A stretch of 64,000 bases of DNA, taken from the NCBI RefSeq assembly GCF_009914755.1, contig NC_060930.1, one strand, 5' to 3'. This document shows positions 18,077 through 54,225 of the stretch, piece by piece. The notes below the pieces were generated by a model that did no database searches, was not told the DNA's origin, and saw only the letters and a list, made by a program, of their open reading frames with translations. Made by a program: the position numbers and the translations under genes. The stretch is from the human T2T-CHM13v2.0 reference genome, Homo sapiens. Position 1 is the first letter of the stretch. The number at the start of each line of letters is the position of its first letter.

Positions 18077-18390
18077 GGCCAGGTGCAGTGGTTCACGCCT
18101 GTAATCCCGGCACTCTGGGGGGCTGAGGTGGGCAGAACATTTGAGGTTAGGGGTTGGAGACCAGCCTGACCAACATGGTGAAACCCCATCTCTACTAAAA
18201 ATACAAAAAACTAGCCAGGTGTGGTGGCACACATCTGTAATCTCAGCTACTCAGGAGGCTGAGGCACGAGAATCGCTTGAACCCAGGAGGCAGAGGTTGC
18301 AGTGAGACGAGATTGCACCACTTCACTCTAGCCTGAGTGGCAGAGTGAGACTCCATCTAAAAATTAAAAAAAGAAAAAGAAAAAAAAAGA
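18077..18390 (+). mobile_element. AluS
   Basis: Dimer plus A-tail. Confidence 0.88.
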
Positions 18391-18438
18391 AATGGAATGG
18401 TCTTGGGGTTTGTAGATCCTACTCCTTATTATAAAACA

Positions 18439-18648
18439 CAGTGGTTCTCAACCAGAACCACTCCGAAGATAATAGCAATGTCTAGACACATTTCTGGTTG
18501 TCACAACTCTGGGAAGGGGTGCTACTGGGACCTAGTGAGTAAAGGTCAGAAATATTGTTAAACAACCTGCAATGCACAGATCACCTCTCATCCCCAGAAA
18601 GAATTATCTCGACCAAAATGTCAATAGAACTGAGGTTGAGAAATCCTG
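18439..18648 (+). mobile_element. MER20 (hAT-Charlie)
   Basis: cagtggttctcaacc...ggttgagaaatcctg TIRs. Confidence 0.8.
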
Positions 18649-18851
18649 ATATAAGAATATTCTACAATCATTTTCATGTGCAATCTACAAGCCATAAACT
18701 TTATAAATAGTATTTATTAAATTCAAAGCCAAATACATTTTCACTAAAACTCCAGCAATAAAATCAGAAATTCAGGAAATATGATTCTCATGAACTCAGT
18801 CTCATGTCTGATTACATTCTTTTAGGCTATTTTGTCTTATGATATACTTAC

Positions 18852-19276
<425 letters not shown>

Positions 19277-19608
19277 CTAAGAGAGTAAAATTGTTTAAAT
19301 TAACTCCAGGTGGGTCTAAATGTTTTCATTAGAAAATATGCCTGCTAGCAAAAGTGCTTTGAGAGCAGGAGCAAAGAGAGAACAGATTAACAGACACATT
19401 GTCATCCCTCCAGCAACCAAGGAAAAGCAATTATTTTAGGACTGAGATCCCCAGCCTGGGATCCTTGTATCCTTAGGCTCGTGAAAATAAGAAGAGTCTG
19501 AAAGCTATTTTCACCATGTCAAAAATCATCTGATAACAATGGAACATTTATCTATAATAAAATAGATTAGTCTCACTAAAATGAAAAAATCAGTGTGTAG
19601 ACACTTAC

Positions 19609-19660
19609 TACATGGAAGTTCATTTCATCTAATGTAACGTGGCCGGAATTTCTATACCCT
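19609..19660 (-). pseudogene. Relic exon B (52 nt, phase 2 to 0)
   Basis: poly-T-gtag|A GGG TAT...GTA|gtaagt; open frame GYRNSGHVTLDEMNFHV. Confidence 0.6.
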
Positions 19661-19769
19661 CTACAAAAAAAAAAAATACAAACAGTTCTTTAGGTTTAAA
19701 CAAAAGGTTGCAAACTACTGGCCTGAAGAAACCAAGCCTTTAAGGTGAATAAGTGTGGAAAAGTAAAAC

Positions 19770-19876
19770 CATAATACAATATTGCATCGACTTTGTTTCT
19801 CCAGTTTGCTACTTGCAATCTTCATACAGTGTTTGGTATATGATTACAAATGCAAATATTCTGGCTTAAGCCAGAA
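19770..19876 (-). pseudogene. Relic exon A (107 nt, phase 0 to 2)
   Basis: ctttttaaag|TTC; FWLKPEYLHL*SYTKHCMKIASSKLEKQSRCNIVL; weak donor gtttta. Confidence 0.45.
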
Positions 19877-20213
19877 CTTTAAAAAGGAGTAGAACCTCCC
19901 CCAAGTTCAGAATGGTGGTGATGGCAGTCAGAAAGCCCCAAGGGAAACAGCAGAGGGACTGTGAGACCAGACTTCTAAAACCATGACAGAGAACCATCCT
20001 CCCACATCAAAGCTGAGGATCTGCGTTGGTTTTTATGAAGGAGGCCCATGGGTTGTTTCATTATGGAACTTAATGAAAATTAGAGTGATGGTAACTTCTA
20101 ACCCCTTTATTACAACCAGCCTAACCATCACTACTCCACCAAGAGAGCCAAAAGCATTGTGGTCTTGGGGTAACTTTACTATTTTATTTGGGCTTACCAC
20201 CAATTAGGTAATA

Positions 20214-21446
<1,233 letters not shown>

Positions 21447-21598
21447 TGATGGCTCCTCCTCCACCTCCGCGGTGTTGTTTGGTGTGCCTTGGGGACTGTC
21501 CTGGGCCCCGTTCTCCTCTCTTTCCCTAGGGAATCCCCTGCGTTCCCATGGCCTCCCTTATTATCTATATGCCAAAACTCCTACATTTCTATATCTAG

Positions 21599-21984
<386 letters not shown>

Positions 21985-22156
21985 AGCTGTTTATTCTGTT
22001 GGATATTTATGTGGCAATGTTGAACTCACCATGCTCAAAATGGAACTCCCAATCTAAACCATCACTTCCTCCAGGGTTCCCCGATTCAGCACACAGCATC
22101 ATAATTCAGCATCTTGCTCCTGCTAGAATGATATAATAGGTTTCATCTTTATTTTC

Positions 22157-22594
22157 TGTTATGAACTGAATTGTGTTCTCCTAAAATCCATATGGTGAAA
22201 CCCTAACCCCCAGTATCTCAGAATGTAACTGAATTTGGAGATAAGGCCTTTAAAGAGGTAAAGGCCTTATCTCCAAATGGGGTTAACTTTATTAGGGTAG
22301 GCAAAATGACTCTATTAGGGTGAGCCCTAATCCAATCTAACTGGTGTCCTTAAAAGAAGAGATTAGGACATGAAGAGATACCAGGGATGTATGCACAGAG
22401 AAAACCATGTGAGGACACAGAGAGAATATTGACATCTACAAGCCGAGGAGAGAGGTCTCAAAAGAAACCAACCCTTGATTTTTTAACCTTGATCTTGGAC
22501 TACTAACTCCCAGAGCTGTGAGAAAATTAATTTATGTTGTTTATACCACCCAGTCTGGGATATTTTGTTATGGCAGCCCTAGCAACCTAATACA
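22157..22594 (+). mobile_element. MLT1 (MaLR) solo LTR
   Basis: tgttatgaactgaattgtgt...ggcagccctagcaacctaataca. Confidence 0.8.
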
Positions 22595-23710
22595 TCTTCC
22601 TCTTATTAATCACCAAGTCCTACCCACTCTACTTCCTAAATATCTCTTTAGTCTAACTTCACCATATCCATTGCACCTGCCCTATCCCAAGCGCTGTCAA
22701 ATATTTTATGGATGCCTGCTACATGCAGCCTTTCAAAGATCTCTCTGCTTTCACTCTCCCCTCTCTACAATCCAGCCTCCAAAAGGAGGCCAGAGCAATC
22801 ATTTTAAAATGAATGTAGAATCTTTGCCCCTGGTTTAAAACCCTTCAAGAGTTCCCCATGTCTCAAAGAATGAAATCAAATCTCCTTGCCATGGCTGACA
22901 AAGCACGAGACCAGCATGACCTAGTCCCTGCCTACCCCTCTGGCCTTATCTAGAATCACTCCAGCTCCTCACCCACCTTGCTCCAGGCACAACTACCTCC
23001 AAAAGCACTAGTCTGCCCACACATTTTTCCCCTGGCTGGAAATTTTTCTTAGTTTCTCCTCTTCATCTGGCTCAGTGTGCCTCACACTGTGGATTAGGTT
23101 CCCATCCAGAACCGTTTCATCTCAGAAATGTTGCAGTATGAATATCCTACTCTGACCATAGTCTCCTTAAGGCTTTACACCCACGATGATTATATTCTCC
23201 CAGCAGACTCCTCCTGGCTGCTCTTCCTTCTCTACGCAATCAAGATTGTGTAACTGATCATCTGAAACCACTATGACTAGGACTTGGAACATGCAGGACT
23301 CATGGGGTGTAATCATAGAAGCCACTTTATTTTTGTCACTTGCAGTCTCTTTAATCTTGCTGAGTGGGGCTAGTCCTTCTCCTGCTTCTTGATAACTTGG
23401 GCAGGTTCCATGACTTTTCTGGTCCTTCAGTCCTGTGTTCTACTCTAGTAACTAAGTTTCTCAACTCACTAACTTAAAACGTCCAGTCCATATGGTAATT
23501 TCAATTCAGTAATTTACAATGTAAGACCTAATATACTAATCAACACTTCAATCCTCATTCATAGAAAGACTTGGCCCCTCTTTCCTTGTTGGGCTTGGAG
23601 AAATTTTGGTGTAGATAGAGATCCTGTGCCAGCTCCCCTATCCCTTGCTGCCACCTTTCTTACTCCATGGCTGCTGTTTCTGACTCTGCTGGGGTGGTAA
23701 GGCAAAGTAA

Positions 23711-24141
<431 letters not shown>

Positions 24142-24753
24142 GGGGCAGATTTTAAAGTGGACTCTCCTTGTGCACAGGTTCACATTGTAAGGAGGTTCTC
24201 CAGAGGACTTCTCTTCCGCCCCCACCCCAGGCCCATCTGGTTGCCATTCCCTTGATAAGGGCGGTGCCACTTCGGATCACTTTGAGCTCTGCCCCTTCTT
24301 GCCTCTAAGGCCAGATTCCTCACTCCCTGATATGCTGCTCTTTGGGGAAGGATTCTTTTTAAAACAATCCCAGGCTGATATTCTTGTCACATCTGCACTT
24401 CAGGCTTTATGTACCTTTAGAGAAAACACAGTTACTTTCCTGATGCAAAGCGTCTATTGCTTGCTCAGGTGTGAGTCTATAAACTCTTCAAGCTCCTAGA
24501 GTGGGTCTTAAGAAGCTCCTCTCACTGGGCTTGAAGTTAGTGGGCAAGCACCTCCCTCTACACCTTCTTCCTGATAGTGGAGAGTGGGGAAGTGGGGATC
24601 AAGAAAGATAGCTTTTTAGCTCAATGTGCCATGAAGCCAAGAAGGTAAGGAAAGAGATTAAGAAATGTTGAGGCTAGATTGTTATTATATAGATGCAGGC
24701 GTCTTCTGGGATTCTGCTATGGCTTGGGATAAAAGGGAAGACAGTGATCCAGG

Positions 24754-25491
24754 TGTGATACCCTGATGGGTTCTTCCTGCCTGCTGCACAGCCATAATCA
24801 ATTCACTGAGACTGAGGCATTGCAGTAAAACAAGAGTTTAATTGATGCAAGGTCAGCCACACCAGAGATGAGGTTATTACTTGACCCAGTCTCCCTGAAG
24901 GCTCAGAGTCTAGGGTTTTTATGGACAATTTGGTGGGCAGGGGGCTAAGGAACAGGTGCTGCTGATTGGTTGGGGATGAAATCACAGGGGCTGGAAAATG
25001 GTCCTCATGCACTGAGTTCTCCTCTAGGTGGAACCACAGGACAGGCTGAGTCATAAGTCATGAATTTGAGTGGGGTCAGTCTGAAAAACATCTCAAAGGG
25101 CCAATCTTAGGTTCTACAGTGATGATGTTATCTATAGGAGCAATTGAGAAAGCACAAATCTTGTGATCTCTGGCCACACGACTCCTGAACAGTAAGGGAT
25201 TATAGAACATATGCCCACATTTTAGCAGAACTCAGACTCCTTCCATAATCCTAATCTTGGGCCTTTCACTAGTCTCATGAAGGTGGTTTCAGCCCCGAAA
25301 CAAGCAGGAAGGGGGTAGTTTTAGGGTAGGACTATTATCCTTGCTTCAAAGTTAAGCTATAAACCAAATTCCTCCATGGTTAGTTTGGCCTATACCTAAG
25401 AACAACCAAGGACAGCTTGGAGGTCAGAAGCAAGATGGAGTCAACTACATCAGATATCTCTTACTGTGATAATCTTTGCAAAGTGGTTTCA
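24754..25491 (-). mobile_element. LTR8-like ERV1 solo LTR
   Basis: tg...gggttcttcctgcctgctgc start, ctttgcaaagtggtttca end. Confidence 0.65.
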
Positions 25492-25642
25492 CAGGTCCCT
25501 TTTCCTGTTACTCTATTAAAGCTGCTCCTATGAAGATCACCAATAAGTTCCATAGTGTCATGTCCAATATAGACAATTCTCATTTCTTATTTTACCCATC
25601 AGAAAATTTTGACATAACTTATCACTTCTTCATTCATGCAAC

Positions 25643-26135
25643 AGTAGGGACCAAGAGAAACTTCCCCTTCAGCCACTGAAAGTTTGCTAAAAAAATCAAC
25701 CCACAAAAGGCAGATTGATTGGAGACAAGGCAAATTGTATAAATGTGTACACAGGGAGAATCACAGGGTGATTACACAACCTCCAACAGGGTTAAGAAGC
25801 TTATATACCACCCTGGCAAAATAGGCTATGGGAGGGAGTAGAAGAGGAATTCTATTGAGGGGATTACTAGGGAGAATGAATGGATCAGGGAACAGAGATG
25901 AACATGAACATTACCCTGTCAAAGGGTGTGTTCAAGCATGGTTACATTCTTGGTTTTTCAGGGAGGAGAAGAGACAGTTGTTTCTTTTAATGGGTCTGGA
26001 TCTTAGGTTAAAAAAAAACGTTAACTTCATCTTTGGAAGACTCAGTTGGCAGGGGGTGGTGCCAGCGAGACCTTGAGGCTTCTTCAGTTTAACATGTCAA
26101 AACATATTTTGGGGTAGCAGTTTCTGAACCCCAAC
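25643..26135 (-). mobile_element. MER39/LTR29-like ERV1 LTR
   Basis: gtagggacc...aaacttcccctt start, ttctgaaccccaac end; family call tentative. Confidence 0.5.
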
Positions 26136-26251
26136 TAAATAACTTTCTTTACTTGGCTTCTAGGATTCCACCCTCTGATTCTATTTCTTTCTTTGTCACT
26201 CCTCATACTCTTCTGCTGGATCTATCTCATCTTCTTAACAATTCAATATGA

Positions 26252-27453
<1,202 letters not shown>

Positions 27454-27764
27454 TCAGTAAATAGCACCAGCAAGGCCCTGCTGTTCGGGATACACATTTT
27501 GGAGCAACATCTATGCCTCTCTTTCTCTTATATCCCATCTGCAAATGTTGTCAACTCAGCCTTCAATATATGGTACCAAGCCCAACTCATCTTCCCCTCT
27601 CCACCATCCCCACCTTAGCCCAAACCATCATCACCATCTCTCTGCTTCCAATTGCCTCTCTGTAGTCTCTTTCCCACACAGCAAGAGTGACCCATTTAAA
27701 CATAAATCAGATTGTTACCTCTGCTCATTACCTCTCTGCTCGAAGTCCTCCAATGGTTCCCACC

Positions 27765-27973
27765 CTTCTCAGAAAAATCTTTGCCACGAATTACGAGGCT
27801 GTACGTCTGGACAGGTTCCAGAGTTTTCCTTAGACTTTGCAAAAGTTATCTTAGAGCTGTCTCATTGTGCTGGGTGCAAATTTTGTTTTAAAGAGAAAGT
27901 TATCACATATTTTCTCAAAGAAGCATCTCTGAAGGCATGTAATATGTTTGAAATACTTATCTCATCATTAAAG
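27765..27973 (-). pseudogene. Relic exon, possible start of PARP-like/DUF3715 region
   Basis: ttttactaaag|C TTT AAT...; FNDEISISNILHAFRDASLRKYVITFSLKQNLHPAQ*DSSKITFAKSKENSGTCPDVQPRNSWQRFF; donor unclear and L2-like sequence is adjacent. Confidence 0.4.
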
Positions 27974-28081
27974 CTTTAGTAAAATGAAAAATCTACCAGC
28001 CATGTTCTCTATACTCAGCGATTTTCCAGACTTCAACGCCCTGGAAGCAATGATTAAAGTTTTTCTTTGCCTTCAATTATC

Positions 28082-29054
28082 TGAAGGGTTGGGCTGCCCC
28101 TCCACACCTGTGGGCATTTCTCATCAGGTAGAATGAGAGACTTGGAAAAGAAAGAGACACACAGACAAAGTATAGAGAAAGAAAAATGGGCCCGGGGGAC
28201 TGGCGCTCAGCATACGGAGGACCCGCGCCGGCACCGGCCTCTGAGTTCCCCTAGTATTTATTGATCATTATCAGGTGTTTCCTGGAGAGGGGGATGTGGC
28301 AGGACAATAGGATGATAGTGGAGAGAAGGTCAGCAGGTAAACACGTGAACAAATGTCTCTGCATCATAAACAAGGTAAAGAAAAAAGTGCTGTGCTTTTG
28401 ATGTGCATATACATAAACATCTCAATGCCTTAAAGAGCAGTATTGCTGCCAGCATGTCCCACCTCCAGCCCTACGGCGGTTTTCCCCTATCTCAGTAGAT
28501 GGAATATACAATCGGGCTTTACACTGAGACATTCCATTGCCCAGGGACAAGCAGGAGACAGATGCCTTACTCTTATCTCAAATGCAAAGAGGCGTTCCTT
28601 CCTCTTTCACTAATCCTCCTCAGCACAGACCCTTTACGGGTGTCGGGCTGGGGGACGGTCAGGTCTTTCCCCTCCCACGAGGCCATATTTCAGACTATCA
28701 CATGGGGAGAAACCTTGGACAATACCTGGCTTTCCCAGGCAGAGGTCCCTGCGACCTTCTGCAGTGTTTTGTGTCTCTGGGTACTTGAGATTAGGGAGTG
28801 GTGATGACTCTTAACAAGCATGCTGCCTTCGAGCATTTGTTTAACAAAGCACATCCTGCACAGCCCTTAATCATTTAACTCTGAGGTGACATAGCACATG
28901 TTTCAGGGAGCACAGGGTTGGGGGTAGGGTTACAGATTAACAGCATCTCAAGGCAGAAGAATTGTTCTTAGTACAGAACAAAATGGAGTCTCTTATGTCT
29001 ACTTCTTTCTACACAGACACAGTAACAATCTGATCTCTCTTTCTCTTCCCCACA
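28082..29054 (-). mobile_element. HERV-K(HML-2) solo LTR5, probably LTR5B
   Basis: 973 bp, TG...CA ends (tgtggggaagagaaagagagatcagattg...cccaacccttca), 5-bp TSD TTATC. Confidence 0.92.
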
Positions 29055-29549
29055 TTATCAAGTCAAACATCCTCTCTTCTGTGAAGGCTTCTCTTTGTGC
29101 ACTGCCCTCCTACTCCATCCCCAGTCCCAGTACCCTGCAGAATAAAATGTTTCTATCTCTGTCTCCTTAGCTTTGTGTCCATACATAGATATTGAAAGGA
29201 AGTCTGTGGAACTTGTGTCTGCCTTGTATTACTACTGTGGAAGGGACAATAAATTTATTAACTCATATTTTTAAAATATGCATACATACTGTATTTAACC
29301 TAAGACTTTTTTCATATTTTAAAGACTGGAATTGAGATATGTCTTTCAATCTACATGTTTAGAAAGCATAACTTATCAGTTTTTTTTTCTTTCTTGGTGG
29401 TACATAAAATAATGGTACCTTAAAATTGATGCTATCTTACATTTTATTAAATATGGAATAGAAATCTTATGTGTCTGTGCTCCTCATTCTTTATAGCAAA
29501 AGTTTAATACATGACATCATTCCATATGACAGTTGATTATTTTTGCCAC

Positions 29550-30632
29550 TACTGGGGCTCAAACCATAATACCCCAAAATATGATGTTTTGGCATGCTGA
29601 GTCTTTGGGGTTTGTTTGTTTTGAGATGGGAGTCTCACTCTGTCGTACAGGCTGGAATGCAGTACAGGCTGGAATGCAATGGCATGATCTGGGCTCGCTG
29701 CAACCTCCACCTCCTGGATTCCAGCAATTCTTATGCCTCAGCCTTACAAGTAGCTGGGATTACAGGCACCTGCAACCACACCCGGCTAATTTTTGTATTT
29801 TTAGTAGAGACGGGTTTTGCCATGTTGGCCAGGCTGGTCCTGAACTCCTAACCTCAAGTGGTCCACAACATTGGCCTCCCAAAGTGCTTGGCTCCCAAAG
29901 TGCTGGATTACAGGCATGAGGCACCACGCCCGGTGGCATGTTGAGTCTTTGAATTAAAGGAAATTAAAAGGGTCTCAGAAAGAAGCCTAAAAATCAAGGC
30001 CTCTCTCTCTCACCTTCCTCCTTCCTTTTGTCTCTCTGATACTCTTACTTTTTCCAAGCACCTGAAGGGGCTCTCTTTTCCTGCACAGCCAGATAAGGAA
30101 TTTCCTTATCTGACAGAGAAAACTCTTTTCCAAAGAAATGCAATTGTCTTAAAACCCGTTCCTTAGGAATCGCATTAAATAATCAGAAGAGATTAATCAC
30201 CCAGAGAAGAGACAAAAACTGAAAGTCATAGCCACACTGAGACTTTTCATAGATACTTCTGAGGGTAGCTCCAAGAGATTACCTGGGAAACTTTACCTGT
30301 ATAATAGGACAATTTTTGTTCAGAGTGAAGTTTCACAGCTTGTCCACAAGCGATTGTTTGTACTTCTGTCCCACTGAATGTCCAAGGAGAATCATTTGCA
30401 AACCACTGTCTGGCTTTCGGGCCCATTCATACCTATCTCCCTCTACTCAACAAAGAAGGGTATACAAGCATCTGGACCTTAATTGAGTTATTGAGTAATC
30501 ACTCTTCTGTGATTTTTCCCTATGCACGTTAAGCAAATTTTGTATGCCTTTTTCTCCTACTAATCTGTCTACTTAGTTCATTCCAGCAACTTTCAGAGGG
30601 CAAAAGTAGGAGCTTTCCCTCTTGCTCCCTAC
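29550..30632 (+). mobile_element. MER39-like ERV1 LTR split by a minus Alu (29607-29933)
   Basis: TSD ggcatg(c/t)tgagtctttg around the Alu; ends ccctcttgctccctaca. Confidence 0.55.
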
Positions 30633-31081
30633 ACCACGTTAAATTTAAATATAAATTAAATGATGTGGGAATGGGTAACCTGCTCATTTCCAAACTGCAA
30701 TTTTCATAGGTATGAAAATTCTCCACAAACTACAAAACCATGACACTCCAAGGGCCCAAGAACCTAGGTTGGACAGCTCACTTAGTGCAGGTAAACGTGC
30801 TCCACCCATCTCCCAGCCCGCCTGCCCCCTCACTTAGGTACAGGTGCAGGTACAGGTAGGCAAGCAAACGTCTATTGGCTGTGGACTTAACAGGCTCGCC
30901 CACAGGTACCTTCCGAGCATGCGTGGGGAAGTAGCACGCAGGCGCGGCACGCCCCGCGCATGCCTGGTGCACAGAGTCTGCAGGTCGGGCGGTAGCGACA
31001 GGTCAGAGCTGCGGCCTGAGCAGCCAGCGTCCGGCATGAAGGTCTGGGGTCTGGCTGCTGCCTGCTTCTTGCTCCAGCACC

Positions 31082-51727
<20,646 letters not shown>

Positions 51728-54225
51728 GAACAGCCCCGTGGATACTGAAGTTTTTTTTATGGTAGTTACAGGAAACTTCTGATACTCTTTTTATTATTTT
51801 CTTGTATAGAGTCAGACACTTGAAAAAAACTAATGTTTGAAGACAAAAATATTTTGGCAGTCACAATACCAGAACTGGATTGCATTTCCAGAATTCTGAG
51901 TTAAAGAAACAAAGTATTTGCTTTGTAAAAGGCCAAAATTCTATTTCCTACAAACTTTAAATGCTGTTTTTATAGATGTGATATGAGGCAACACAAGCAC
52001 AGACAGTTGCATAGATTTTAATTTATACATATCAAGAAAAGTGCAATTTCATGCTGAATGAAGCGTAGGAACTTGACAAGCCCATAGGTAGCTATAGTTC
52101 TTTGTCAGTATAGGGAATTATGTTCATGTGAATTTCCTGATTCTCAGGTGACTAAAAAGCTAGCATTCTATGTATTAACCTTACAACAGACTCTGTAAGT
52201 TTGAGCTTTAAAAACCAAACTTTGACATAACCTTATTTCTTGTATTTGCCCCCTTTTTTTTATAAAAGGTGAATAAAAAGAAATAATTTAATATCACCAT
52301 TGTATGGATTCCTAATCAAGATTTCACGTTCTCAGCCCCTGAGACTAGTTTTCTTTGCTCTCTGTAATTAGAGCCTTTGGAAGCAAAGTTGAAAGGAAGT
52401 ATTTCCATTCTGTTACTGTTTTGTAGCACTTTGTCCATTTATTGATTTTTAAAGTAGATATTTAGATACCACCCCTGCCCTGCCCCAAAAAGAAAAATGT
52501 TTATTGTCCTGCTAATCTATATGCCTACACCTCAGAAGCTGACAGATGAGCTTCCTAAAACATGAGGATGAATAAATGTTAGAACTGTGATATCTTCTCA
52601 TTTCCACAGAGATTTGGGTTTAAAACAAATGGCTAATATTTGTAAGCCTGAAAGCTGCCATCCTCTTTAACATCCTACCTACCTTTTAAAATATTTTCTG
52701 GAGGTTAAGTACAGTTAGGCACTAGAACATTTGTTAAGCCTCCCAAAGTAGTGTGCATGGAAGATTCTAGAGTGTCCAGCTCTTGCACTACAAATGTAAT
52801 AATAACAGAATAAATACACTTACCCTGATGATATTGAGGGTACATGATTAGCCTAATGTGATGTCATATGAGGAAGTTTAGGAGTCCATTTTTCAGGTGG
52901 TTTGGTGATAGGAATAAAAATGTTACTCCCGTCGCTGATTTGGAAGAAAACCGATGAAGTACAAGTAAGGTTTCCCCACTCCTGTGTGTGGTCATGGGAA
53001 GCCATTAGAGGGAAGCTGGAGAACAGAATGGAACAGGACAGGCTGGGCTAGACTCGAGCACGCAGTGGCCCCTGTGCCACCACACTGTGGGTCAGGAACA
53101 CGCGTCATGGTGTTCTTGTCGGAATGTGAACATACAGCACCCTCTAGCATTACGAATCTCTTAGGATTTTTAAGATTGTATTTGATAATACTTATATTTC
53201 ACAGGGCACACTTTTGGCACACCTCAGAGCACACTGCTGCTATTTTGGGTCGTATCACTGTAAAATACATAATAAGTACTACTTAACTGTGACATGAAGA
53301 ATTGGAATCCCAGAGGGCAACATTTGATTTGACTAAGATCAGGCATAAGATAGAATTTTTGTCATTTTTCCTTGCAGTTTTATTGACTTAGTTTATGAGC
53401 TTGGATAAAATAATTTTTTGATGAATCATGTCAATAAAAGGAAAAATAATGTAACTACCTCATAAGTCTGATAAAAGGAAGTTGCTAGTGTTTTATAGAA
53501 TTTCTGAAGGTGGTTAAATCAAGTATGATTTCAAAATATCAACTAGTTCCACTTTTGTGATTGCAGGATGCTTCTTATACTAAAGTTCTCATAAATAATA
53601 AATCAGCTTATGCCAAAAATATATGAAGTTCCTTGGTTTTAAATTTTGAACTAAAATGGACTGAGCACATTAATTACTGTTTGAAAGTAGGTACCAAACA
53701 CTGGGTTATGTGAGTGAGTAAGCAATCATATCGCCTGTCAAACACATCAAGTGTCGAACACGTCAAGGTGTGATACTGTCTTTGGAAGGCTCCTAAACAA
53801 ATGTGAGCACAATTATTAACACCTTATTCTTCATGAACACAGACTGTTAAGCAGCACTAACCAATTTTATATTAAAAAGCTATTTATTTTGGTGAGTTAT
53901 TCCAAGAGTTGTATACAGCTTTATTTTTTGGAATTGCAATATTAAAGTTGCACGTTGGATTTAACTCTCATGACTTTAGTAATACCTACAGAGGTGAGCT
54001 AATGGATGGTACATGGAGTAGGGACTGCAGAGACCCTAGTTTTGTCCCCACTCCATCTTCAAATAATTTTGGTCTCTTAGGTCTGTGATACAAAGGCATA
54101 AAACAATTCCTATCTTGAAGCCTTGAGAAAAGCTGTTACATATACGCAGATAGTAGCAAGACAGAAAATGCAAATATGTAAATGTCTTCTGATATCTTGA
54201 AATAAAGATAAATTTCAGTTAAACT
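51728..54225 (+). other. MRS2: MRS2 3'UTR with multiple poly(A) signals
   Basis: AATAAA at 52272, 52571, 52809, 52913, 53433, 53597, 54201; the distal end is inferred from the last signal. Confidence 0.65.

Noticed and set aside
27545-27979. 144-aa + strand ORF, also first read as a piggyBac-like element
   Set aside because: The 5' half is L2-like and the 3' half is antisense to the candidate relic exon; the apparent right TIR (tgaaggg) is the end of LTR5
30834-30922. Minus-strand MLGRYLWASLLSPQPIDVCLPTCTCTCT, resembling a signal peptide plus LRR cap
   Set aside because: The Cys-Thr run comes from a (CAGGTA/G)n hexamer repeat and ends in a stop; no LRR exons follow
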